A stretch of DNA of 64,000 nt, taken from Octopus sinensis. Lineage: Eukaryota. The stretch spans positions 62,001 through 126,000 of the forward strand of contig NC_043025.1 in the NCBI RefSeq assembly GCF_006345805.1, given 5' to 3'. Position numbers and translations under genes: made by a program. Shown piece after piece: positions 1-14,086 of the stretch (position 1 is its first letter; each line of letters opens with the position of its first letter). The notes beneath the pieces were generated by a model that worked only from the letters and a program-made list of their open reading frames with translations, had not been told where the DNA came from and searched no databases.

Positions 1-346
1 TTGAAACTTGTTTCTTCCAATGTTGGAAAAGTTTTAGAAAGAAAATTGGATCTCCCAAACTGAGTGAGGATGTCATGAAAAAATAACCAATGATAGTGTC
101 CGAAGGCTGGCGTCTTCAAAAGAGCCAATGGAGTCTGTGATTGCAAATGAATGAATCATTACATAAGCTAACTCAGCTTCAAGAAAACCGAAAGGTCTGA
201 GATCAGAACAGACAATGAAACAGGCAACAGATTGCAGCCATGCTCTTATGTCACGCTCTATTCTCCTATATTCTCGTAGATCAGTTAATGTGAAGCATTG
301 ATCTGTGTCATTACCGGTGTCTTTTATGTTTCTCTTATGTTTCTTT

Positions 347-446
347 NNNNNNNNNNNNNNNNNNNNNNNNNNNNNNNNNNNNNNNNNNNNNNNNNNNNNN
401 NNNNNNNNNNNNNNNNNNNNNNNNNNNNNNNNNNNNNNNNNNNNNN
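347..446. other. Assembly gap (100 N)
   Basis: Run of exactly 100 N; sequence on either side need not be contiguous. Confidence 0.99.
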
Positions 447-1218
447 ATAATATATACTAGCAGTCATCTGGCCTTTGTCTCCGTGTGTAGTGTACACAAA
501 TGTATTCATAAAACATCTTTCGTAATGCTTATGTATTAAGATCTTAATTAAAGGTTACAAGTCGATACCCTTCACAAGAAATAGTTTCAAATTCCAACCT
601 TAAGTACACCAACCCACACGCACACACACACACACACACAGACAAATTTACAGAAAACAAAAGACACACACACACACGCACACACACATATATATATATA
701 TATATACATATATATATAATCATGTAGTCACATGATCGAGTATACTGCCAGATGTTACACATCACTGGTCACAATGTGCTTTGCATTGTTTGACGTTTTC
801 AATGATGCCACTCCACTGGTTAGGAAAGCAGGCGAACATTCGGAAGTCTTGGGAAAGAAAGGGGATTGCAAGAATCAAACCCACGATCTAGCTATTGTGA
901 GGGTAACACCCGAATCACTATGCCATACAGCTACTGACACATGCACACGAGTATACACATACATAGACTTATATATGTACGTATATGCATATAAAGCAAT
1001 CATTTTACACCTTTTCTCCATACTACCATGGGTTGTATGAGTATATTATTGATCCATTCTTTTTGTATCTGGATCCCCTTCATGTTATTAACCCTTACCT
1101 GTTGTTCAAGGGATCACTTATTCCAATGGTTTGTCTATTAACAGGGAAAATGATAATCGTTCATAGCTGAGCAATGTTCAGTAAAAAAAAATGGAAAAAT
1201 ACACACTCAAGAAGCAGG

Positions 1219-1262
<44 letters not shown>

Positions 1263-1618
1263 TACGTACACACACACAAACACACATACACTTCTTTTTG
1301 GCAGTTTTTTCACTGGTCCTCAGATTTTGTCCGTGGTGTACGATGGGCTTCTCTCAGATTATCTCTATTTGATCCACTCAGAAGCCTTGATCAACCATGG
1401 GATTTAGAAGAAGTTACTTGCCCAAGGTGTCATACAGTGGGACAAAACTGGTGGTTGGCGTTTGGAAGGGCATCCAACAGTAACATACCTGATAAAACAG
1501 ACAGTAGCCCAGGGTAGTTTTTTTCTACCTGGACGGCTACTATCGTCCATCTTACTCTTGAATGCATGGAATGTGGACGGTATGTGGTGATGATGATGAT
1601 ATTAGTATATATATATAT

Positions 1619-2105
<487 letters not shown>

Positions 2106-2660
2106 GTATATATATATATATATATATATACATACATACACATAATGGAAATTTATTAAAATAATTATGAAATAGTCATAAAGATATTTGCAAAAATTTA
2201 TAAAGTAAGCACTTGTTGATAGTGTCTGTCGAAATATTCGCAAAGTAGATGAGATCAAATCAAAGATCAATACAGGAGGTTTTATTGTACAAACTCTGTG
2301 TCATTGATTCTTTTACTAGTTTTCATAAATCTACCTTTCTTTAGAGAATCAATTTATTTTTCATATAAAGAGCCCCCACCCTAGCTGGGGTATGATCCAC
2401 AGATTTATAGCTCAAGATGTAAGCAGAGGAATGTAGCTAACCTAGAGACACAACACAATGACTGTTGTTAGGTTTATTAGTGTCAGGAAGAACATTCAGC
2501 TATGAATAATACTTTAGATAAACTGAAGTTTACAATATCAATGTTATCTTTTGCAATATTTTAGAACCATCAACTTCTGTTTATTGTTGTTTAACTCATT
2601 TTATAAGTTTTTTTAAAACTGTTTTGCTTTCTTTCTTTTTTGACTGTTTTTATTCAAAAG

Positions 2661-5600
2661 ACATGGAGGATTTCAGACAGAAAATTAGAAATGGTGACGT
2701 CGAAGGAATTCAAAAATTAGTGAAAAAGGATCCAACAATAGTAAGTTGTTCTCTTTATTGCCTTCTCAAATTTGACTGTTTATTATTTTATACACAATAT
2801 GAAATGTTTTATACACAATATGAAAAGTAGCCACATATATTTGTCCATGATATTTCATTTCTTTCTTCACCTCTTTTCTCTAATCCTCATCATCGACATT
2901 TTTATAAATATTTAACCAAACATTGAGACATGACATAATTGATGGAATGTGAGTGAGAAAGAAATCCATCAAACACTGCAATGGGGTGTTCTGGCGGGAA
3001 GTATTCAGTCCAAGAGATGAGAGGCAGATCTCCCTAAGAGGAAGATCACATGGACTGACCTGTGGAGGCTGGAACCTTTGCACATCTCCTTCCTGCATGG
3101 AGCTGTGTATGACACACTCCCGACGCCAACAAACCTGTACAAATAGGGTTTGAGGGAAGACCAGCTGCGTAGACTTTGTGGGAAAGGCGCACTCTAGCAC
3201 ACATCTTGGCAGGGTGCAGAATAACTCTTTCTCAAGGCAGATACAAATACTTGCTCACACCCTGGAGCAGTAAAGGTGTAAGAAACATCATCACCAAGGG
3301 AAGATAACTGCCGCAAATAAGTTCGTGAAAGAGGGAGAGAAACCAGTAAAGCCAGCAAAAGCAATACATAGCTTGCTGCAAGGGTCTCAACCATGGGATA
3401 TGAAGGTAGATTTAAGGAAGATATTGCAGTTTCCCCAGGTTTTCCATACAACCCTGAGGCCTGATGTGGTTTTGTGGTCTGTAAAAGCCTAGAAAATTAT
3501 CATAGTTGAACGAACAGTCAAGTGGGGAGCGGGTTGTAACGAGGCCCATGAACGGAAGTGAGACAGATATAAGAGCTTTCTGCAGGCTCCATTCGCTTTG
3601 GTGAATTGATAAAACACATCCTTACAGGTGTAATTAACTCGTATATATATGTGTGTGTGTGTCTCTCTTTGTGTGTGTATGCATGTGTATCTATACTAGT
3701 GTGTGTCCCTAACAGGTAATTGATAACCGGTGTTGATGTAAATTCATCCCTGTTACATAGCCCTGAATCAAAAGAGAGCTATAGGTTGGTGCGAATTAGA
3801 CAGAAAAGGTACCACACATAAAAGACAAAATCGAGGAGGAGTCTCATGACTGAAACAATTAGAAGAGAGAAAGAAAAAGAAAGAGAAAAAAGAAGAGAGC
3901 AATAGAAAAATAGAAGTAAAAAAAGGAAAATTGAGAGAGAACTATAGAGAAGACAAAAAGAGAAACGAAAAAGAAAGCGAGAGAGAAAAAAAGAGAGAAA
4001 AGATAAAGAGTATGAGATTGAAAAAAGAAAACGGGAGAGAAAAGAAAGAGTGAGAAAAAGAAACGAGAGGAAGAAAAAGAGAAATGAAAGAGTGAGAGAG
4101 AGGAAGAAGGATAAAAAGAAAACGAGAGGGACAAAGAGAGAAATGAAAGGGTGAGAGAGAGGAAGAAGGATAAAAAGCATACGATAGGGAGAAAGAAGGA
4201 GAAAAAAGCGGGAGAGCGAGAAAAGAAAGAGAGAGAAAAAGAAACGAGAGGAAGAAAGAGAGAAATGAAAGGGTGAGAGAGAGGAAGAAGGATAAAAAGA
4301 AAACGAGAGGGAGAAAGAAGGAGAAAAAAGCGAGAGAGCGAGAAAAGAAAGTGAGAGAAAAAGAAACGAGAGGTTGAAATTGAGAAATGAAAGAGTGAGA
4401 GAGAGGAAGAAGGATTAAAAGCAAATGAGAGGGAGAAAGAAGGAGAAAAAAGAAAGTGAGCGAGAAAAGAAAGAGAGAGAAAAAGAAACGAGAGGAAGAG
4501 AGAAATGAAAGAGTGAGAGAGAGGAAGAAGGATAAAAAGAAAACGAGAGGAGAAAGAAGGAGAAAAAAGCGAGAGAGCGAGAAAAGAAAGAGAGAGAAAA
4601 ATAAACGAGAGGAAGAAAGAGAGAAATGAAAGAGTGAGAAAGAGGGCGAAGGACAAAAAGCAAACAAGACGGAGAAAGAAGGAGAAAAAAGCGAGAGGGC
4701 GAGAAAAGAAAGAGAGAGAAAAAGAAACGACAGGAAGAAATAGAGAAATGAAAGAGTGAGAGAGAGGAAGAAGGATAAAAAGAAAACAATAGGGAGAAAG
4801 AGAGAAATGAAAGGGTGAGAGAGAGGAAGAAGAATAAAAAGCAAACGAGAGGGAGAAAGAAGGAGAAAAAAGTGAGAGAGCGAGAAAAGAAAGACAGAGA
4901 AAAAGAAACGAGGGGAAGAAAAAGAGAAATGAAAGAGAGAGAGGGGAAGAAGGATAAAAAGAAAACGAGAGGGAGAACGAAAGTGAAAAACACGAGAGAT
5001 CGAGAAAAGAAAGAGTGAGGAAAAGAAAACGAGAGGAAGAAAGAGAGAAATGAAAGAGTGAGAGAGAGGAAGAAGGATAAAAAGCAAACGAGAGGGAGAA
5101 AGAAGGAGAAAAAAGCGAGAGAGCGAGAAAAGAAGGAGAGAGAGAGAAAGAAACGAGAGGAAGAAAGAGAGAAATGAAAGTGTGAGAGAGAGGAAGAAGG
5201 ATAAAAAGAAAACGAGAGGGAGAAAGAAGGAGAAAAAAGCGAGAGGACGAGAAAAGAAAGAGAGAGAGAAAAAGAAACGAGAGGAAGAAAGAGAGAAATG
5301 ACAGAGTGAGGGAGAGGAAGAAGGATAAAAAGAAAACGAGAGGGAGAACGAAAGAGAAAAACGCGAGAGATCGAGAAAAGAAAGAGTGAGGAAAAGAAAC
5401 GAGAGGAAGAAAGAGAGAAATGAAATAGTTAGAGAGAGTGCGAAGGATAAAAATAAACGAGAGGGAGAAAAGAAGGAGAAATAAGCGAGAGGGCTAGAAA
5501 GAATAGAGAGAAAAGAAACGAGAGGAAGAAAGATAGAATGACAGAGTGGGTAGAGGAAGAAGGATAACAATAAAACTGAGGGGAGAACTAAATAGAAAAA

Positions 5601-8600
5601 CGCGAGAGATCGAGAAAGAAAGAGTGAGGAAATAAACGAGAGTAATAATGAGATAAATGAAGAGTGAGAGATAGGGCGAAGGATAAAAATAAACGAGAGG
5701 GAAAAGAAGAGAATAAGCGAGAGGGCGAGAAAGAAAGAGATAAAAAGAAACGAGAGGAAGAAAGATAGAATTAAAGTGTTAGAGATAGGAAGACGGATAA
5801 AAAGAAACGAGAGGGAGAAAAAAGAAAAAAGCGAGAGCGAGAAAAGAAGAGAAAGAAAAGGAACGAGATGAAGAAAGAATTAGAGTGAGGAAGAAGAATA
5901 AAAAGAAAACGAGAGGGATAAAAAGGAGAAAAAGCGAGAGCGAGAAAAAAGCGAGAGAAAGATAAACGTAGGAAGAAAGAGAGAAATGAAAGAGTTGAGA
6001 TAGAGGAAGAAGGATAAAAAGAAAACGATAGTAGGAATAAGGAAAAAATGAGAGCGAGAAAAGAAAGAGAGAGAAAAGAAACGAGAGGAAGAAAAGAGAG
6101 AAATGAAATAGTGAGATACAGGAGAGGAGAAAGAAGAAAAAAACGAGAGCGAGAAATAAAGAGATAGAAAAAGAAACGAGAGTATGAAAGAGAGAAATGA
6201 AAGATGAGAGAGAGGAAGAAGCATAAAAAAAACGATATGGAGAAAGAGAGAAATGAAAGGGTGATAGAGAGTAAGAAGAATAAAAATAAACGAGAGGTAG
6301 GAAGAAGGAAAAAAAAGCGAGAGAGTGTAGAAAAGAAGGAGAAAGAGATAAAAAAACGAGAGGAAGAAAGAGAGAAATGAAAGTGTGAGAGAGAGGAAAG
6401 GATAAAAAGAAAACGAGAGGGAGAAATAAGGAGAAAAATGCGAGAGGGCGAGAAAAGAAGAGAGAGAGAAAAGAAACGAGAGAAAGAAAGAGAGAAATGA
6501 AAGAGTGAGAGAGAGAAGAAGTAAAAAAGAAAACGAGAGCGAGAAAAGAGAGAGAAAAAGAAACGAGAGGATGAAAGAGAGAAATGAAATAGAGAGAGAG
6601 GAAGAAGGATAAAACGAAAACTATATGGAGAAGATAGAAATGAAAGGGTAGAGAGAGGAAGAAGAATAAAAAGCAAACGAGAGGTGGAAGAATGATAAAA
6701 GCTGAGAGAGTGAGAAAAGAAAGGAGAGAGAGAGAAAGAACCTAGAGAAAAAGAGAGAAATGAAAGTGTTGAGAGATAGAAAGGATAAATAAAAGAAACA
6801 AAAGAGGGAGAAAAGAATGAAAAAAAATGCGAGAGGGCGATAAAGAAGACAGAGAGAAAAAGAACGAGAGAAAGAAAGAGAGAAATTACGAGTGAGGGAA
6901 GGATAAGGATAAAAAGAAAAAAAACGAGAGGGATACTAAGGAAAAAACGCGTGAGATCGAGTAAAAGAAAGATGAGGAAAAGAAACGAGAGGAAGAAAAT
7001 ATAAATTAAAGAGTGAAGAGAGTAAGAAGTATAAAAAGAAAACGAGAAGGAGAAAGAAGGAGAAAAAAGCGAGAGGGCGAGAAAAACAAAGATAGATAGA
7101 AAAAAGAAACGAGATTATAAATATAAAAGCAAAATCGAGGGAGAAATAATTATAAATAAGCAAGAGATCTATAAAGAAAGAGAGATAAAAATAAACGAGA
7201 TGATGAAAGAGAGAATAAGATTGAGAGAGAGGATAAGGATTAAAATAAAACGATAGGGAGAAAGGATAAAAAATCGATAGGGTCGAGAAAAAAAGTAGAG
7301 AAAAAATAAACGAGATAAGAAATATTAATGAAATATTTGAGATAGAGGAAGAATTATAAAGAAACGATATTAGAAAGAATTATAAAAAGCTAGAGGGCGA
7401 GAAAAGAAAGAGAGATAAAAAAGAAACGAGATTAATAAATATAGAAATGAAAGTTTGAGAGAGAGAAATAATTATAAAATAAACGAGGGGAGAAAGAGGA
7501 GAAAGGTAAATAGAGATATAAATAAACAATAGAAAAAATAATAAATGAAATATTGTTAGAGAGGAGAAGAATGAAAAGACAACGAGATTATAAATAATTG
7601 ATAAAAATCGATAGATCTATAAAATAATAATATAAGAAACGAGATAAAAAATAGAGAAATGAATAGTTAGATAGATTGAATAATATAAAAAAACGATATT
7701 AATAAATAATTATGAAAAAATTGGATAGCGAGAAAAGAAAGGATATAAAATAAATTAGAGAGGAAAGAGGGAAATTAAATAGTGATAGATAGGAACAAGA
7801 ATAAAAAAAAAAGATATTATAAATAATTAAAAAATCTAGAGAGAAATAATAGAAAGAGAGGAAGAAATAAGAAATGAAGAATGAGTAGAGAGGAAGAAGG
7901 ATAAAATAAACGAGAGGGATAAGAGATATTAAAGGGGTGATATAGATATAATAATAAAAATCAAACGAGAGGTTAGAAAGAATACAAAAACCGAGAGGGT
8001 GAGAAATAAAGATATAGAAGAAAGAAACGATATTAAGAAATAGAAATTAAAGAGTTAGTGATATTAATAAGGATAAAAGAAAACGAGAGGGAAAGAAGGA
8101 AGAGATAAAAAGAAATCATTAGAGAGGAAGAAGGATTAAATAAAACGCGAGGAAGAAAGAAGGAGAAAAAAGTGAGTGAGCGAGTAAAGAAGGAGAGTTG
8201 AGAGAAAGAACGAGAGGAAGAAAGAGAGAAATGAAAGAGTGAGAGAGAGGAAGAAGGATAAAGAGAACGAGAAGGTGAAAGAAAGAGAATAAGCGAGAGA
8301 GCGAGAAAAATAGAGGAGAAAAAGAAATAGCGGTAAAAGAGAGAAATGAAAGAGTGAGAGAGAGGGAGAAGGATAAAAATAAAACGAGAGGAGAAATAAG
8401 GAGAAAAAAGTGAGAGAGCGCGAAAAGAAAGAGAGAGAAAAAGAAACGAGAGGAAGAATGTAGAAATGAAAGAGTGAGAGAGAGAAAATAATAAAAAAGA
8501 AAACAAAGGAATAGGAGAAAAAAATGAGAGAGCGAGAAAAAAAAGAGAGAGAAAATAAAAGAGAGGAAGACAGAGAGAAATGAAAGTGTGGAGAGGAAGA

Positions 8601-11600
8601 AGGATAAAATAAACGAGAGGGAGAAGGAAGGAGAAAAATGCGAGAGAGCGAGAAAGAAAGAGAGAGATAGAAGAAACGAGAGGAAAAGAGAGAAATTAAT
8701 AGTTAGAGAGAAGGATAAAAAGAAAACAATAGGGAATAGAAGGAGTTAAAAGTTGAGATACGAGAAAGGAAAGTTAGAAGATATATAAGAAACGATAAAA
8801 AGGATAGAAATGAAAGAGTTAGATAGATTAAGAAGGATAAAAGAACTAGGAAGAAAATAAGACGAAAGGGAAGAGATAAATAAAGAAAGAGAGAAAGACA
8901 ATGAGGAAATGAGAGAGAAAGAGAGAACAGACAAAGAAAACGATGAAAGAGAGGAAAGAAATAGATAGAGAGAGATAGGAGAAAGAAAACAGAGAAATAA
9001 TAATAGAAAAGGAAGATATAAAGAGAGATAGGGAGAAGGAAACCCGAAATAAAAAAGAGAGAAAGAATCAGATAGGTGAGAGAGCGAGAATTGAAAAGAG
9101 AAAGAGGAGAGGAAGAGATAAAGATTAAGATGATAGAAGAAGAGTACTGAGAGAAATAATAGAGAAAATGGGAGAGATAGAGAGAGAAGAAAGAGGAAAA
9201 CAAACACTGAAAGAGATAGAGAAATGAAATGAGGGGATAAAAGAGACTAAAAGGGATAAAGAGAATGAGAGAAAAGAAAGAGGGAGAAAGAGAGAAAAGA
9301 AAGGGAGAAGGCAAGAGAGGAGAGAAAATAAAAAAAGTAATCCCTTAAAGGGAGAATAGGAAAAGAGGAATAAGAGGGAAAGGAAAGGACAAAGAGACTG
9401 AAAGAAAGAGAGGGTTAGGGGAGAGAGAGAAAAGGAAATTGATGATAGTGAGAGGATAGAGAAGAGAAAAAATGCCAGAGAAATGAGATAACAGAGAGAA
9501 AGAGAAGAGAAAGAAGAGAGAAAGAGTAAAAGAAAAGGGAGAGATAAAGAAGAGAGAATAGAAAAGAGAGAAAAGCAGGAGAGAAAGGTAAATAGTGGGG
9601 GAGAAGGATAGAAGAGAAAAAGAGAGGGGGAAAAGAAGGAGGGAAAAGGGGAAAAAGAAAGTGAGAGATAAGTATAGAAGAGGAGATAAAGAGAAAAGAG
9701 ACAGAGAGGAAAGAGGGAATATAGGATAGAAAAGAGAGTGGAAATATAGAGAGAAGAAAGATACAAAAGAGAGGGAGAGAGGAAGTAATAAAAGAAAAGA
9801 GAGAGAGAAAAAAGTGGAAGAAGATAGAGAAAAGAGAAACAAGAGTAGAGACATAGAGAGAGAAAGATAGAAATAAATGTGAGGAATGAGAAAAGAAAGA
9901 GAGAGGAAAGGGATAGGAGAGAAAAGGACAAGAAAAGACATCAAAGAATATAGACAAGTAAAAGAGAAAGATTAAGAAAGAAAGAAAAGGCAATGAGAAG
10001 CACAGAGAGAAAAAGAGAGAAAGAGATAAAAGTAAAAGAGAAAGAGAGATGAAAAAGAAAAAGGTTGGGTGAAAGAGAGAAAAGGAATAGTGAAGGAGAC
10101 AGAGAGAAAAAGAAAGAAAGAAAGGTAATAGAGAGAGAGAGAGATAAAGAAAGAGAAAGAAAAAGAGAGAAACAGAGAAAAGTAAAATGGAAAAAGAGAG
10201 AAAAGAATGAGAGAGAGGGAAAAAGAGGAAAAAGAGAGAGGGAGAAAGAAAGAGAGAGAAGAAACAGAGAAAGAGGAAGGAAATGAGAGAGAGAAAGAGA
10301 GAAAAGGAAAATGGGAAAAGTGAGAAAAGAAAGAGAGAGAGAGTAAAAGAGACACGGAGAGAGAAGATAAGGGGAAAGAGAGAGAAGGTGAGAAAAGAAA
10401 GAGAAGGAAATAAATGACAGAGGGAGATAGAGAGAAAAGAAGGAGAAAGAGGAAAAAAACGAGAAAGAGAGTTAGAGACAACGAAAGAAAAGAGAGAGGG
10501 AGTAAAAGAGACACGGAGAGAGGAGAAGAAAGAAGATAGAAAAAGGGGAAAGAGAAAGTTAGAAAAGAAAGAGTAGGATAGAATGAAAGAGGGATTTAGA
10601 GAGTGAAAGATTAAGAGAAAGAGGAAAAAACAAGAAAGAGAGTGAGAGACAAAGAGAGAAAGAGAGAGAGAGAGTAAAGAGACACGGAGAGAGGAGAAAG
10701 AAAGATGAGAGAAAAAGGGAAGAGAGAGAAAGTGAGAAAAGAAAGAGAAGGAAAGAAATGAAAGAGGGAGATAAGAGAGAAAGAAGGAGAGGAAAGAGAA
10801 AGAAAACGAGAAAGAGAGTGAGAGACAAAGAGAGAAAAGAGAGAGAGAGAGAGACAAATGAATTTCTCTATTTCACATGTCCTCACTTTCTTCATTACAG
10901 ATTAATAAACCTATTGATGGAGTTGGACGAACTCCTTTAATGGAGGCCTGTTTTATGGGCGCCGATAGAAGAATCATCGACATTTTGATAAAAGCTGGGG
11001 CGAAGTTAGGAGCGAAAAACAGATGGGGTAATACAGCTTTACATTGGGCTGTGTTGAGGTAAGTTGAGAATCAAGTAAAATCTGCAGATGTGTTTTTGTT
11101 TGTAAATTTGTTGCAATTGCAGACACAGGTTCAATATCCAAAGATGCCATAGTTGTGGGACAACAGCACAACAGCAGACTAGCAAACAACAACAACAACA
11201 AGCTTCTCATTAGTCATTATTCAATCATAACAATCCCCATGATGATGATGATAACGGCGATGATGATGACGATGACGGTATTGATGATGTCGATCATCAT
11301 GATGGTGTTGTTGATTATGATGATGATGATGATGATGGAGGCGATGATGGTGATGCTGCTGCTGCTGATGATGATGATAATGATGATGATGATGATAATG
11401 ACGATGATGATGATGACGATGATGATGATGACTGTGATTATGCCGATGATGATGATTATAATTATAGTGGCGATGAATGATGATGATGACGACGATGATG
11501 ATGATGATTATGATGATGACGATGATAACCACGATGATGAAGCTGATGATGGTGATGGTGTTGTTGATGATGATTATGATGATGATGATCATGATGTTGA

Positions 11601-13225
11601 TGATAACGACGATGATGATGATGGTGATGGTGATGATGATGATTATGATTATGATGATGATGACGATAATGATGAATATGATGATGATGGTGATGATGAT
11701 GATAACGACGATGATGAAGATGATGAAGATATTGATAATAATGATGATGATGATGATGATAATGATGATGATGTGGATGATGATGATGACGACGATGATT
11801 ATTATGATTATCGTGATGATGACGATGATGATGATGATTATGATGTTATTATTATGATGATGATGATATTGATGAGGTTGATCTTGCTGTTGATGATGGT
11901 GTTGATGATGATGATAGATGCGATGATGATGATGATGATGATGAGGATGGTGATGATGGTGATGATGATGCCGATGATGATGATTATGATTATAGTGGTA
12001 ATGAATGATGATAATTTTGATTATGATGATATTGGAGATGTCGAAGATGATAATGATGATGATGGTGTTGGCAATGAGGGTGATGATGATGAAGGCTATG
12101 ATGATGATGATGGTGATGATGATGATAGTGATGATAATGATGGTGATGATGGTGATGATGATGATGATTATTATGTCAATGATGGAGCTGGTGGCAATGA
12201 TGATGATGGTAATGATGTTGATGAACATGATATTGATGATAATAGTGCAGGTGATGAAGATGGTGATGATGATGAAGGCGATGATGATGATGGCGATGAT
12301 GATGATGATGATTATGTCAATGATGGAGGTGGTGGCAATGAGGATGATGGTAATGATGTTGATGAACACGATATTGATGATAATAGTGCAGGTGATAATG
12401 ATGATGATGATGATGACGATGATGTTTCGTCTCAAAGCCAAAATATTTTCATATTTAATGTAAATTAGTCAATGTTTCTATCTTTTACTCTCAGTGGTCG
12501 ACCTCATGCTGTGGAGATCTTACTATCTCGGGGCAGTGAGGTAAGTATCTTATTTATATCCTTTCGTATGTTCTACTGAAGACGAAAGAATCTATTATGA
12601 GATTAATTTCGAAATTGATTCAATATAGAAATAACGAACTTTTTAAAAAACATTCTATCGTCCGGCTTCTCCCGATTTCAGTTCTTCGTGTTTTTTTTCT
12701 GTAGCCAGTAAATAATATGTGGAAATTGACGATTTAAAAGTCTCTTATCAGCAAATTGTCATTGAAATACTTTTCTTTAGCCCTTATTTATAAGTTGTTT
12801 ATAATTTAACAGTAAAGTTATTTTAATATGCTGCCACATTTTTTGATGGAATATTTTTCTGTAAAATAAACTTCATCCTATATTAGTATGTATATATATA
12901 TATATATATAAGTGAAGGCACGTGGCTAAGTGGTTAGGGCAATCGGCTCACGATCGGAAGGTTGTGAGTTCGATTCCCGGCGACGCGTTGTGTCCTTGAG
13001 CAAGACACTTTATTTCACGTTGCTCCAGTCCACTCAGCTGGCAAAAATGAGTTGTACCTGTATTTCAAAGGGTCTGCCTTGTCACACTCAGTGTCACGCT
13101 GAATCTCCCTGAGATACACGTGTCTGTGGATTGCTCAGTCACTTGCACGTTAATTTCATGAGCAGGCTGTTCCGTTGATCAGATCAGCGGGGACCCTCGT
13201 CGTCGTAACTGACGGAGTGCTCCTT

Positions 13226-13259
<34 letters not shown>

Positions 13260-13581
13260 TATATATGAGTATGTACACACACACACACACACACACACAT
13301 ACATATACATATATATATATATATATAATATATTATATATATATATATATATCTTGAGCCCCCGTATTTTCCCCATATCTTTCTGGTGTTTTCCTACTTT
13401 TAATGATAATCATTGATTTTCGATGACGATTATGTTGAGAAAACAGAAGCATTTGATTAGTTTCAAACCAATCACAACTCCAGAGATAATCGTTGATTAA
13501 GACATTGAAAGGGATGGATTTTCAGAAAATTTCATTAAGAAATGTTTATATTAAAAAGCTTCATGAGGAACATACAACAAC

Positions 13582-13618
<37 letters not shown>

Positions 13619-13772
13619 GGCACAAGAATGGCTGTGTGGTAAGCCGCTTGCTTACAAACCATATGGTTCCGGGTTCAGTCCCACTTGGGCAAGTGTCTTG
13701 TACTATAGCCTCGGGCCGACCAAAGCCTTGTGAGTGGATTTGGTAGACGGAAACTGGAAGAAGCCCGTCCTA

Positions 13773-13811
<39 letters not shown>

Positions 13812-14048
13812 GTGTTTAAGTGTGCGTGTTTGTTACTCACCATCGCTTGACAACCGATGCTGGTGTGTTTACGCCCCCGTAACTTAGCGGTTCGGCAAAG
13901 AGATCGATAGAATAAGTACTAGACTCACAAAGAATAAGTCCTGGTCGCAATTTCCTCGACTAAATGTGGTGCTCCAGCATGGCCACAGTGAAATGATGGA
14001 AACAAGCAAAAGAGTAAAAAAGATCTATTTACACACAGACACACACAC

Positions 14049-14086
<38 letters not shown>

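Noticed and set aside
3779-10940. Long F/S/L-rich and R/E/K-rich ORFs up to 542 aa
   Set aside because: Artefacts of the GA minisatellite.
11155-12468. 437-aa Met/Asp-rich ORF resembling acidic biomineralization proteins
   Set aside because: Translation of an intronic (GAT)n tract; all frames give homopolymeric peptides.
12917-12990. tRNA gene
   Set aside because: A and B boxes continue into a SINE body; no convincing cloverleaf.
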